From an uncultured bacterium (GTDB lineage Bacteria; Edwardsbacteria; AC1; EtOH8): a stretch of DNA of 64,000 nucleotides. Under the pieces are notes generated by a model that did not search any database, was not told the origin of the DNA, and saw only the letters and a program-made list of their open reading frames with translations. This document shows positions 19,710-29,260 of the stretch, in pieces. The translations under genes were made by a program, and so were the position numbers. The stretch spans positions 164,033 through 228,032 of the forward strand of contig CAWAAX010000009.1 in the NCBI GenBank assembly GCA_963780225.1, in the 5' to 3' direction. How positions within the stretch are numbered: the stretch's first letter is position 1; every line of letters starts with the position of its first letter.

Positions 19710-20411
19710 ATGAAAAGAACGGTAATTTACTTGATGCTGTCCATCTCTCTGGCCGCCGTTCCGCTCTTTGCCGCCCGTCCCTTGGACACCGATGACGCCG
19801 GAACGGTGGAGAAAGGAAAGTTTGAAGCCGAACTGTCATTTGACTATTGCCAGTACCGGCCGGACGGGACCTGCCAGTCTCCGGGGCTTGCCATCAAACA
19901 TGGCCTGACCGATCACATGGACTTCGGGCTGGGTTTTTCGTACAGCACCGACAAAGATGCCGATGGCAATGCCATCGGCTGGGGAATATCACCGTTGGAG
20001 ATCGGTTTTAAAATGGCATTGCTTAAAGAACATCAGACCCTCCCGGATATTTCTCTCAGCGCCGGATATGAAGAAGGGGAGACCGAATACGGGCTGAATC
20101 TTATCCTCAGCCGGGAATACGGTAATTTGGGCCTGCACTATAATCTGGGTTACAATTCACCGGGGGAAGCCATGGTCAAGGGCAGCATCGGCACATCAAT
20201 TGCCGCCGAATATACTTTTGCCGGGAAATACCGGGTCTGCGCAGAGCTCAACGGCGAGGTGCTTGACGACAGGGCTGAAGTCATCGGGAACAGCGGGTTG
20301 GTGGGCGGCTCGATAACACTCGGTCCGGTTGACTGGGACCTGGGCATCAGAATTCATGACCAGCGCGGCCCCAAGACCACCGTCACCACCGGGATCAAAG
20401 CCGGATTCTAA
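19710..20411 (+). CDS. Outer-membrane beta-barrel, putative metal channel
   Basis: Signal peptide, ARPLDTDDAGTV N-motif, amphipathic strands, C-terminal Phe. Confidence 0.72.
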   Translation: MKRTVIYLMLSISLAAVPLFAARPLDTDDAGTVEKGKFEAELSFDYCQYRPDGTCQSPGLAIKHGLTDHMDFGLGFSYSTDKDADGNAIGWGISPLEIGFKMALLKEHQTLPDISLSAGYEEGETEYGLNLILSREYGNLGLHYNLGYNSPGEAMVKGSIGTSIAAEYTFAGKYRVCAELNGEVLDDRAEVIGNSGLVGGSITLGPVDWDLGIRIHDQRGPKTTVTTGIKAGF

Positions 20412-20426
20412 AAACAAGGAGGGAAA

Positions 20427-21305
20427 ATGAAAGCCTGGATATTGTCGCTGTCGTCGGCTGTTATTTTGCTGGCCGGTTGCGGGCAGAAAGCAGTAAAGTC
20501 AGACAAACTGATCATAGCTACATCGTTCTACCCCATGTACCTGGCCGCGGCCAATATTGCGGCCGGTGTTCCCGGAGTTCGGGTGGTCAACCTCACCCGT
20601 CCCACCACCGGTTGCCTGCACGATTACCAACTGAGCACCGAGGAACTAAAAAACCTATCCCAGGCTTCGATCTTTGTGGTCAATGGCGCCGGGATGGAAA
20701 GTTTCATTCAGAAGGCGGTCGATCAGCTGTCGGACCTCAAAATCATCGAGGCCAGCGCCGGAATTAGGTTGATCAAGGGTGATGGAGAGATAGGCGATAA
20801 TCCGCATGTCTGGGTCTCGGTCAGCGGGGCCATGCAACAGGTCAACAATATAGCCTCTGGGCTGATGAAATACGACCCGGTCCACGCCCTGCAGTACCGG
20901 GCCAATGCCGACAGATACCTGACCCGGCTGGACTCGTTGCGGGCTCAAATGCACCGGGAGCTTAAACCGTCCGCCGGGCGGGAGATCATTACTTTCCACG
21001 AGGCTTTCCCATATTTTGCCGAGGAGTTCGATCTCAAAATAGCGGCGGTAATCGAGCGGGAACCGGGATCCGAACCCAGCGCCGCGGAACTGGCCCAGAC
21101 CATAAGACTGGTCCGGCAGAAAAAGATCAAAGCTTTGTTCGCCGAGCCCCAGTACCCGGCCAAGGCGGCCCAGGCCATCGCCCGGGAGACAGGTTCTACG
21201 GTCTATACCCTGGATCCCGTTTCCACCGGTCCGCTGGAGGATCTAAACTATTACATTACAGCAATGGAGAAGAACCTGAAAGTATTGCGGGAAGCATTCA
21301 GGTAA
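20427..21305 (+). CDS. Metal-binding lipoprotein, ZnuA/TroA (cluster A-I) family
   Basis: Lipobox LAGC; SFYPMY, CLHDYQ, NGAGME, NPHVW, TFHEAFPYFA, EPSAAEL. Confidence 0.92.
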   Translation: MKAWILSLSSAVILLAGCGQKAVKSDKLIIATSFYPMYLAAANIAAGVPGVRVVNLTRPTTGCLHDYQLSTEELKNLSQASIFVVNGAGMESFIQKAVDQLSDLKIIEASAGIRLIKGDGEIGDNPHVWVSVSGAMQQVNNIASGLMKYDPVHALQYRANADRYLTRLDSLRAQMHRELKPSAGREIITFHEAFPYFAEEFDLKIAAVIEREPGSEPSAAELAQTIRLVRQKKIKALFAEPQYPAKAAQAIARETGSTVYTLDPVSTGPLEDLNYYITAMEKNLKVLREAFR

Positions 21306-21345
21306 TTAAATAATTGGCAATTTAGAAATTCGGAGGTTTTTGACA

Positions 21346-22386
21346 ATGCACATGGCAGATGCCTTGCTTTCCCCGGTAGCGGGCGGGACAATGTGGGCCG
21401 CCACCGCAGGAGTGGCCGCCTATTCCATAAAAAAGGTCCAAAGCGAAATTGACCAGAAAAAAATTCCCCTAATGGGCGTAATGGGGGCTTTCATCTTTGC
21501 CGCCCAGATGATCAACTTCTCCATACCCGGGACCGGTTCCAGCGGACATCTGGGCGGGGGGCTTATTTTAGCCATCCTGCTTGGCCCCTATGCCGGGTTC
21601 CTGACCATGGCATCCATTCTTACCATCCAGGCCCTGTTCTTTGCCGATGGAGGCCTGCTGGCCCTGGGGGCAAACATCTTTAACCTGGGATTCTTCACCT
21701 GTTTTCTGGCCTACCCGCTTATTTATAAGAAGATCGTCGGAAAAGAATATTCCGCCAAACGGATCATGATCGCTTCAATGGTTACTGCGGTAGTCGGGCT
21801 TCAACTGGGGGCTTTCGGGGTGGTACTGGAAACAGTATTCTCCGGCAAAACCGAGCTGCCATTTAAAACATTCGTCCTGTTGATGCAACCCATCCACTTG
21901 GCTATCGGGATAGTGGAGGGGTTGGTGACGGCGGCCGTGGTCTCCTTTGTCTGGAAAGCCAGGCCGGAGATACTGGGAAAAGTTTCTCTAAACCAGCCTT
22001 TCGGCAATCTGTCAATAAAAAAAGTTATGATAGGATTAGCCGCCATGGCGGTTTTCACCGGCGCGGTGCTTTCCTGGTTTGCTTCGTCCCAACCCGATGG
22101 ATTGGAGTGGTCCATGTTCAGAACCTCTGGCAAGGAAGTGTTGGAGTCCTCCAATCCCACTCACGAAAAACTGGCCGCATGGCAGGAGAAGACTGCGTTC
22201 CTGCCGGATTACGGGTTTAAGGCATCTGGGAACGAAGTGCAAACTGAGGAGCAAAGCGAAAAGTGGCCTGCGGTCAACGGAGGCACCACCGTTTCCGGCC
22301 TGGTGGGCGGTTTGATGACGCTGTTGCTGGCGGCTTTCATGGGCTTCATCATAAACGTGAAAAACAAAAACGGCAAAAAGACATAA
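21346..22386 (+). CDS. cbiM: ECF Ni/Co transporter S component, CbiM/NikM fused to NikN/PDGLE domain
   Basis: MHMAD N-terminus, FAAQMINF, GSSGHLGG, FADGGLLALG, ASSQPDGLE. Confidence 0.92.
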   Translation: MHMADALLSPVAGGTMWAATAGVAAYSIKKVQSEIDQKKIPLMGVMGAFIFAAQMINFSIPGTGSSGHLGGGLILAILLGPYAGFLTMASILTIQALFFADGGLLALGANIFNLGFFTCFLAYPLIYKKIVGKEYSAKRIMIASMVTAVVGLQLGAFGVVLETVFSGKTELPFKTFVLLMQPIHLAIGIVEGLVTAAVVSFVWKARPEILGKVSLNQPFGNLSIKKVMIGLAAMAVFTGAVLSWFASSQPDGLEWSMFRTSGKEVLESSNPTHEKLAAWQEKTAFLPDYGFKASGNEVQTEEQSEKWPAVNGGTTVSGLVGGLMTLLLAAFMGFIINVKNKNGKKT

Positions 22387-22393
22387 AAGCTAA

Positions 22394-23203
22394 ATGTCCA
22401 ATATAGTAAACGCCATATACAACATCAGACGGTTTGACCAACTGGCCCGGCAGGATTCCTTCATTCACCGCCTGCACCCCCTGGCGAAATTGCTGGCCAC
22501 GCTGTGTTATACGGTGGCGCTGGTCTCCTTTGACAAATACGCCACCATCACCCTGCTGCCTTTTCTGTTTTTTCCGGTGTTCTTGGCGGCGGCGGGACGG
22601 ATACCGGCCGGTCCGATCCTTAAGCGCCTGCTGTACCTCGAGCCGATGATCATCTGCGTCGGCCTTTTGAATCCCTTGTTTGACCGGGGATCAACAACCG
22701 TTTTGGGATACAGCATGTCCTCAGGCTGGCTGATATTGATTTCCATAGCCTTAAAGGGCAGTCTGGCCGTAACCGCAGCCTTGCTTTTGATCGCCACCAC
22801 AGGGATGGACGGAATATCTCAGTCATTGAGAAGTCTGAAAATCCCAAAAATATTTGTTTTGCAGTTGATGCTGACCTACCGGTATATCTCGGTCTTGTTG
22901 GAAGAAGCTGCCCGGACCATGCAGGCCTATGCCCTGAGGGCCTTTGATCCCAAAGGCCTCAAGCGGGAGGTATGGGGCCCCCTGCTGGGGCAGATACTTT
23001 TAAGGACCTTTGACCGGGGCCAGAGGATATATGATGCCATGTGCCTGAGGGGTTTTAACGGGGAATATAATACCGGAAAGATTCCCGGCCCCGGCTTCAG
23101 CGATTATCTGTTCGTGGCCGGCTGGGGGACATTCATTGCCGCTTCCCGGGCGGCAAACCTTCCGCTATGGCTGGGAAATTTGCTGACGGGAGCCGTAAAA
23201 TGA
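22394..23203 (+). CDS. cbiQ: ECF transporter T component
   Basis: HRLHPLAK, LTYRYI, ALR and MCLRGF motifs. Confidence 0.92.
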   Translation: MSNIVNAIYNIRRFDQLARQDSFIHRLHPLAKLLATLCYTVALVSFDKYATITLLPFLFFPVFLAAAGRIPAGPILKRLLYLEPMIICVGLLNPLFDRGSTTVLGYSMSSGWLILISIALKGSLAVTAALLLIATTGMDGISQSLRSLKIPKIFVLQLMLTYRYISVLLEEAARTMQAYALRAFDPKGLKREVWGPLLGQILLRTFDRGQRIYDAMCLRGFNGEYNTGKIPGPGFSDYLFVAGWGTFIAASRAANLPLWLGNLLTGAVK

Positions 23204-23955
23204 GCCACCATATCACTGAAGCCAAGGATATATTTTATTCTTATCCCGACGGCCACCAGGCGGTCAAAGGGATATCATTCCGCATCCATCACGGGGAATC
23301 GGTGGGGATCATCGGGGCCAACGGGGCCGGGAAATCAACGCTGTTGATGCTGTTGAACGGCATCCTTTCGCCTTCGCAGGGAGAGGTGATCATCGGGGAG
23401 ATCAAGCTCAACAAAAGCACCTTGACCATGATCCGGCAGAGGCTGGGCATGGTATTTCAGAACCCGGACGACCAGCTCTTCCTGACCACAGTTTACGACG
23501 ATGTGGCCTTCGGGCCCCGAAATCTCAAACTTGACGAAGCCCAGGTGGAGCAGAGGGTAACCTCTGCACTGGAACAGGTCGGTATTGTTCATCTCAAAGA
23601 CCGGGCGCCGTTCCACCTCTCGGCCGGGGAAAAACGGGCGGCGGCCATCGCCTCGGTGCTGTCCATGTCACCGGACATTTTGATCCTGGATGAGCCGACC
23701 TCGTCGCTGGACCCAAGGTCCCGGCGGCGGCTGATGAAGATACTGAAAGGTTTTGAGCATACCAAGATAATCACCTCGCACGATCTGGACATGGTGCTGG
23801 AACTGTGCCCAAGGACCATCATCATCAAAGACGGACAGATAATATCCGACGGCCAGACAAAAGATATTCTGACAAACAAAAAGCTGATGGAGGAGGCCGG
23901 ACTGGAGATGCCGTTGAGCCTGCAGAACTGTCCGGTATGCGGAGGGGTAAAATAA
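23200..23955 (+). CDS. cbiO: ECF transporter ATPase
   Basis: GANGAGKST, FQNPDDQLF, LSAGEKR, LDEPT; ATG 23200 overlaps cbiQ stop. Confidence 0.93.
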   Translation: MSHHITEAKDIFYSYPDGHQAVKGISFRIHHGESVGIIGANGAGKSTLLMLLNGILSPSQGEVIIGEIKLNKSTLTMIRQRLGMVFQNPDDQLFLTTVYDDVAFGPRNLKLDEAQVEQRVTSALEQVGIVHLKDRAPFHLSAGEKRAAAIASVLSMSPDILILDEPTSSLDPRSRRRLMKILKGFEHTKIITSHDLDMVLELCPRTIIIKDGQIISDGQTKDILTNKKLMEEAGLEMPLSLQNCPVCGGVK

Positions 23956-23971
23956 AGCGCAGGTTTGGTTT

Positions 23972-24009
23972 TGTCAACAGCCCAGGCATTATTGCCTGGG
24001 CTGTTGACA
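23972..24009. terminator. Perfect 17-bp inverted repeat after metal operon
   Basis: TGTCAACAGCCCAGGCA-TTAT-TGCCTGGGCTGTTGACA. Confidence 0.6.
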
Positions 24010-24037
24010 TTTAAATCAAATAAGTTATGTCTTCCGG

Positions 24038-24066
24038 TTGCAGGCAAAAACCAGCTGTGCTATAAT
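24038..24066 (+). promoter_or_regulatory. sigma70 promoter of queA
   Basis: TTGCAG-17-TATAAT with extended TG. Confidence 0.65.
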
Positions 24067-24097
24067 TGTTCAAACTAAAGAACTGGATATATCCTCG

Positions 24098-25117
24098 ATG
24101 AAACTCTCCTCCTTTGATTATAATCTCCCTCCGGAGCTCATTGCCAAAAGCCCAGCTGAAAAACGCGATTCCTCCCGGCTGATGGTGCTGCACCGCGATG
24201 ACGGCCGGATCGAACACCGTAAATTCAGCGATATTGTTGAATATCTCAATCCCTCCGACATCCTGGTGGTCAACAATACCAAGGTCATCCCGGCCCGGTT
24301 GATCGGACACAAGAAACAGACCGGCGGGGAAGTGGAGATATTATTGCTCCGGCACGAGTCCGAAAATCTGTGGAATTGTCTGGTGCGGCCGGGCCGCAGG
24401 TTGATGCCCGGAGCCAAAGTGGAATTCAAAAGCGGCCTGATGGAGGCGGAGATCATGGAACACCGTCCGGGCGGACAGCGCCTGGTCAGATTCACGCACC
24501 AGGGTGACTTCTATCAAACCCTGGAAAAAGTGGGACAGGTGCCGCTACCGCCATACATCGACCGTAAACCAATGGAGGCGGATAAAAATCGCTATCAGAC
24601 AATCTATGCCAAAGAGGAAGGCGCAGTGGCCGCCCCTACCGCCGGCCTACATTTCACCCCGGAACTGATGGATAAGGTCAAAGCCAAAGGGGTGGAGGTG
24701 CTGGAAATACTCTTGCACGTGGGCTGGGGAACGTTCAAGGGCGTGGAGGCCGATGATATCCGGGAGCACAGGATGGACGCCGAGTACTACAGGATAAACA
24801 GGGAAGTCGCAGATAAATTGAAAAATGGCAAAATGGGAAATAGGAGGATCATAGCCATAGGGACCACCACCAGCCGGGCCTTGGAGAGTTTCGGGCAGAG
24901 TGGAAAGATGTCCGATTGGACCGAGATATTTATCTACCCACCCTACCAATTCAAGATAGTGGACTCGCTGGTAACAAATTTCCATCTTCCCAAATCCACG
25001 CTTATCATGCTGGTCTCGGCCCTGGCCGGGCGGGAGAATGTGATGAAGGCCTATCAGCAGGCCATCGAGAATAGGTACCGTTTTTACAGTTACGGCGATG
25101 CCATGATGGTGGTCTAA
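24098..25117 (+). CDS. queA: S-adenosylmethionine:tRNA ribosyltransferase-isomerase
   Basis: FDYNLPPELIA, VPLPPYI, AAPTAGLHF, LHVGWGTF, TNFHLPKST, YRFYSYGDAM. Confidence 0.98.
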   Translation: MKLSSFDYNLPPELIAKSPAEKRDSSRLMVLHRDDGRIEHRKFSDIVEYLNPSDILVVNNTKVIPARLIGHKKQTGGEVEILLLRHESENLWNCLVRPGRRLMPGAKVEFKSGLMEAEIMEHRPGGQRLVRFTHQGDFYQTLEKVGQVPLPPYIDRKPMEADKNRYQTIYAKEEGAVAAPTAGLHFTPELMDKVKAKGVEVLEILLHVGWGTFKGVEADDIREHRMDAEYYRINREVADKLKNGKMGNRRIIAIGTTTSRALESFGQSGKMSDWTEIFIYPPYQFKIVDSLVTNFHLPKSTLIMLVSALAGRENVMKAYQQAIENRYRFYSYGDAMMVV

Positions 25118-25226
25118 AAACCGAAAAATACCCTACCACGGAACCACGGAAATTTGAATAAAATATCAAAAAGATTTCTGAATATAATGAATCAAGTTTA
25201 ATTCTACTAAACGTTAAAAATCACCC

Positions 25227-25257
25227 AAAAAGCAGGCAAATTTTGCCTGCTTTTTTT
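25227..25257 (+). terminator. Rho-independent terminator
   Basis: AAAAAGCAGGCAAA/TTTTGCCTGC followed by T7. Confidence 0.8.
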
Positions 25258-25315
25258 ATTTCCCCCGGGCCTGACAGACGACCAAAAAATAAGTCAAAAA
25301 AAAGTCATTTTTTGC

Positions 25316-25390
25316 TTGACAATGGGGCTAAAAAACACTAAAATGGTGATCAGTGGGTTAAAGTGGGGGATAGTGGTTTAACCTGGTTAA
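25316..25390 (+). promoter_or_regulatory. dcw promoter with MraZ-binding direct repeats
   Basis: TTGACA(25316)-17-TAAAAT(25339); TGG/GTGG repeats at exact 10-bp period (25344, 25354, 25364, 25374, 25384). Confidence 0.85.
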
Positions 25391-25482
25391 AACCCCAAGT
25401 TTTAATGAACTTTTTCAGCAAAAAACAACAATCCCGGAAAAATCTAAAAACACCGTAAAATAAGGTGTTTTGGAGCGCTACC

Positions 25483-25917
25483 ATGGCATATTTCTTCGGC
25501 ACATACCACCACAATCTTGATTCCAAGGGAAGGCTCAATCTGCCGGCCCAATTACGGAAGCAGATATCCAACGAATCAGCCGGCCAGCTTTTGATCACCA
25601 AAGGCTTAAAGGGCGGCTGTCTTTTCGTCTATCCCCAAGACAACTGGCAAAAAATCATGGCCGAGCTGGAATCCCAGCCCCGCACCGAGGAGAACCGGAA
25701 CGCGCTGAGGATCTTCGCAGCCGAAAGCATTCTGACCGAACTGGACGCCCAGGGACGGATCATGATCCCGGCCAAATTCCTGCAGGAGACCGGGCTGACC
25801 AAAGAGGCGGTGATCGTCGGGGTCAGCGACAAGATGGAGATCTGGAACCCCGGCTCCTACCAGACACTATTGGATCAGAACAGCGCACTCCACCAGGAAC
25901 TGATCAAGAAACTGTAG
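25483..25917 (+). CDS. mraZ: Division/cell-wall cluster transcriptional repressor MraZ
   Basis: FFGTYHHNLDSKGRLNLP, LDAQGRIMIP, VGVSDKMEIW. Confidence 0.95.
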   Translation: MAYFFGTYHHNLDSKGRLNLPAQLRKQISNESAGQLLITKGLKGGCLFVYPQDNWQKIMAELESQPRTEENRNALRIFAAESILTELDAQGRIMIPAKFLQETGLTKEAVIVGVSDKMEIWNPGSYQTLLDQNSALHQELIKKL

Positions 25918-25971
25918 TCCCTAAAAAAAACCGGACACTTGAAACCGCAATCAAAAAGGAAAATATAGACC

Positions 25972-26346
25972 ATGAGAATTCAAGCCATCCCTGCGGCCGA
26001 TAACAGCGTCAGGCTGGAAGTGAACGGCATGATAAATCTGCAGGGCTTCTTTCAGGTGGAAGAGGCGATCTTAAAGATCATGAAGAAGAACTGCTTCAAG
26101 CTGGAGCTGGAGATGTCCGGGGTCAAGCACATGGATTACCGGGGAGTGGAGATCCTGGTCAAACGGGCGGAGCGGCTGAGAAGCTACGGCGGCGACCTGA
26201 TCCTGCACGGGCTCTCGCCCTACCTGGTCAACATCCTGCAGATGGCCGGGGCCGGAGAGGCCTTTGAGATCGCCTCCACCAGGGAGCCGGTACAGTGCGA
26301 CCTGTTCCAGCGCCAGGAGCGCAAGCCGCTGACCGCGGTGGCCTGA
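25972..26346 (+). CDS. STAS-domain (anti-sigma-factor antagonist-like) protein
   Basis: LEMSGVKHMDYRGV, GGDLILHGLSPYLVNILQMAG. Confidence 0.8.
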   Translation: MRIQAIPAADNSVRLEVNGMINLQGFFQVEEAILKIMKKNCFKLELEMSGVKHMDYRGVEILVKRAERLRSYGGDLILHGLSPYLVNILQMAGAGEAFEIASTREPVQCDLFQRQERKPLTAVA

Positions 26347-26400
26347 CCAAGTCATTTGGCATTGGATGATTGGGGATCGCTCTGGTACCAGGCGGATTAG

Positions 26401-27339
<939 letters not shown>

Positions 27340-27343
<4 letters not shown>

Positions 27344-27729
27344 ACACTTTTTTACATAAAACAGAGATCAAACTCCAGAAAAACCGGACCGGTTGGTTCA
27401 TTGCCGGCCTGGTTTTTGTGCTGTTCGCCGTGATGTTCCTGTCCATCCGGCAAAAATTCAGCCTTTCCCAGCAGCTGGCAGCCATCGAAAAAGATCAAAA
27501 CTACAACCGGGAAGTGGTCTCCCTGCAGAAGGAGCTTTTGGTAAAATTGCAGCAGCTGGAGGGCAGGAACCGTCTGGAAGCCAGGGCAGTGTCCGATCTG
27601 GGCTTTGAATATCCTTCCAACAGCCAAGTAGTGGTAATGCTGAAATCTCCGGCTTCGGACCGGGGCGGGTTGGCTTATGCCCTGGCCGGGATCTTCCGGC
27701 CGGTCTCATCAGCCTGGAGCAAACCATGA
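27340..27729 (+). CDS. ftsL: Cell division protein FtsL-like
   Basis: Single TM plus coiled coil, RLEARAVSDLGF; lies between rsmH and the PBP gene. Confidence 0.7.
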
Positions 27730-29210
27730 TGTCACAACGAGCGAAAACCCTTGCGGTTTTCTGTTTTTTTATATGGGCCTTGATGTCCGGAAGGCTGGTG
27801 TGGCTGCAGGCGTTCAAGGGCGGGCATTACCGGAACCTGGCTCAAAGGCAGCACCAGCTCCGGATCGGTATCCTCCCGGAGCGGGGGCAGATAGTTGACC
27901 GTCAAGGCCGGCCGTTGGCATTATCAATCGACGACCGGCGTTCTTATCCCTACGGCACGGTGGGTGGACAACTGCTGGGCTTTACGGGCCGGGACGGCCG
28001 GGGCCTGGAGGGCCTGGAGCTTTACTACGATCAGGAACTTTCGGGTGAGGCCGGCTGGGCCACCCGCCAGTGCGACGCCCGGGGAAGGGTCCGGCCTTCG
28101 CTGGAGTACGCCTCCAAGACGGCCCGTTCGGGAAACTCTCTTCAGCTGACCATCGATGCCGAATACCAGGCCATCGCCGACGAGGAACTTAAAAAAGCCG
28201 GGGATAAATTCAAGGCCGCCTGGGGCACGGTGGTGATAGCCGATCCGTCCACCGGCGAGATCCTGGGGATGGCCAGCTACCCGGAATTCGACCCCAACCG
28301 TCCCGATGATTTTGGCCGCCAGGCCATGACCTTTGGTGCGGTGGCCGCCCAGTTCGAGCCAGGCTCCACCTTCAAGGCGGTGACCATCGCCCTGGGCCTG
28401 GAGTCCAGGGTCATAGACACCGCTGAAATATTTGACGGCGAACAGGGTAGCTACGCGGTGGGCGGGCACCGGATCGGCGAGGCCGAAGGCCACAAGTATG
28501 GGCCGATCACGGTCAGCAAGGCGTTGGCTTTCTCCAGCAACATCTGTCTGGCTAAAATAGGACTGGCTTTGGGCAAAGATAAACTGTATCAGGGCGCCCG
28601 GGCCTTCGGGTTCGGGTCACGGACCGGGATCGAGTGTCCGGGCGAAGCGGCGGGCCTGATGGACAAGCCGGACGGCTGGCCGGTGATAAAACACGCCAAC
28701 ATCAGTTTCGGCCAGGGCCTATCGGTCAGCGCCATGCAGCTGGTGATGGCTTACGGGGCCATAGCAAATGGGGGTTATCTTTTACGGCCCCGGCTGATCA
28801 AGGGTCTGGCCCCGGCCGGTCAGACTGTTGATGGATCCTGCCGGCCCGATACCCTGCGCCGGGTGATCTCGGACCAGACCTCGGCCCAAATGATAGAGAT
28901 GCTGGAGCGCTGCGTCAGCGAAGGGACCGGCAAGGCCGCCCAGATAGAAGGCTGGCGGGTGGCCGGCAAGACCGGAACCGCCCAAAAAAAGGAGCAGGGC
29001 AAAAAAGGCTATGCCTCGGATAAGTATGTGGCCTCCTTCATCGGCTTTGTCCCGGCCGAGGCTCCTCGCCTTTTGGTGGCGGTGATAATTGACGAACCCC
29101 AGGGAAGGTTTTTCGGGGGAGAGGTGGCGGCCCCGGTCTGCCATAACATAATGCAGAGGATAATAAGCCTGCCGAAAGGTTTAAGACAGGACCTGCTGGC
29201 CGCCAGATAA
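27726..29210 (+). CDS. ftsI: Class B penicillin-binding protein (FtsI)
   Basis: RGQIVDR, RSYPYG, GLE, EPGSTFK (SxxK), SSN, KTGTAQK. Confidence 0.92.
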   Translation: MMSQRAKTLAVFCFFIWALMSGRLVWLQAFKGGHYRNLAQRQHQLRIGILPERGQIVDRQGRPLALSIDDRRSYPYGTVGGQLLGFTGRDGRGLEGLELYYDQELSGEAGWATRQCDARGRVRPSLEYASKTARSGNSLQLTIDAEYQAIADEELKKAGDKFKAAWGTVVIADPSTGEILGMASYPEFDPNRPDDFGRQAMTFGAVAAQFEPGSTFKAVTIALGLESRVIDTAEIFDGEQGSYAVGGHRIGEAEGHKYGPITVSKALAFSSNICLAKIGLALGKDKLYQGARAFGFGSRTGIECPGEAAGLMDKPDGWPVIKHANISFGQGLSVSAMQLVMAYGAIANGGYLLRPRLIKGLAPAGQTVDGSCRPDTLRRVISDQTSAQMIEMLERCVSEGTGKAAQIEGWRVAGKTGTAQKKEQGKKGYASDKYVASFIGFVPAEAPRLLVAVIIDEPQGRFFGGEVAAPVCHNIMQRIISLPKGLRQDLLAAR

Positions 29211-29260
29211 AAACAGATGCCAGAAGCCAATAAAAACAAACAACAGAAACAGAAAGACCG

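Noticed and set aside
21306..21345. Cobalamin or NiCo riboswitch ahead of cbiM
   Set aside because: The gap is only ~40 bp and no riboswitch motif is visible; regulation is explained by the NikR operator.
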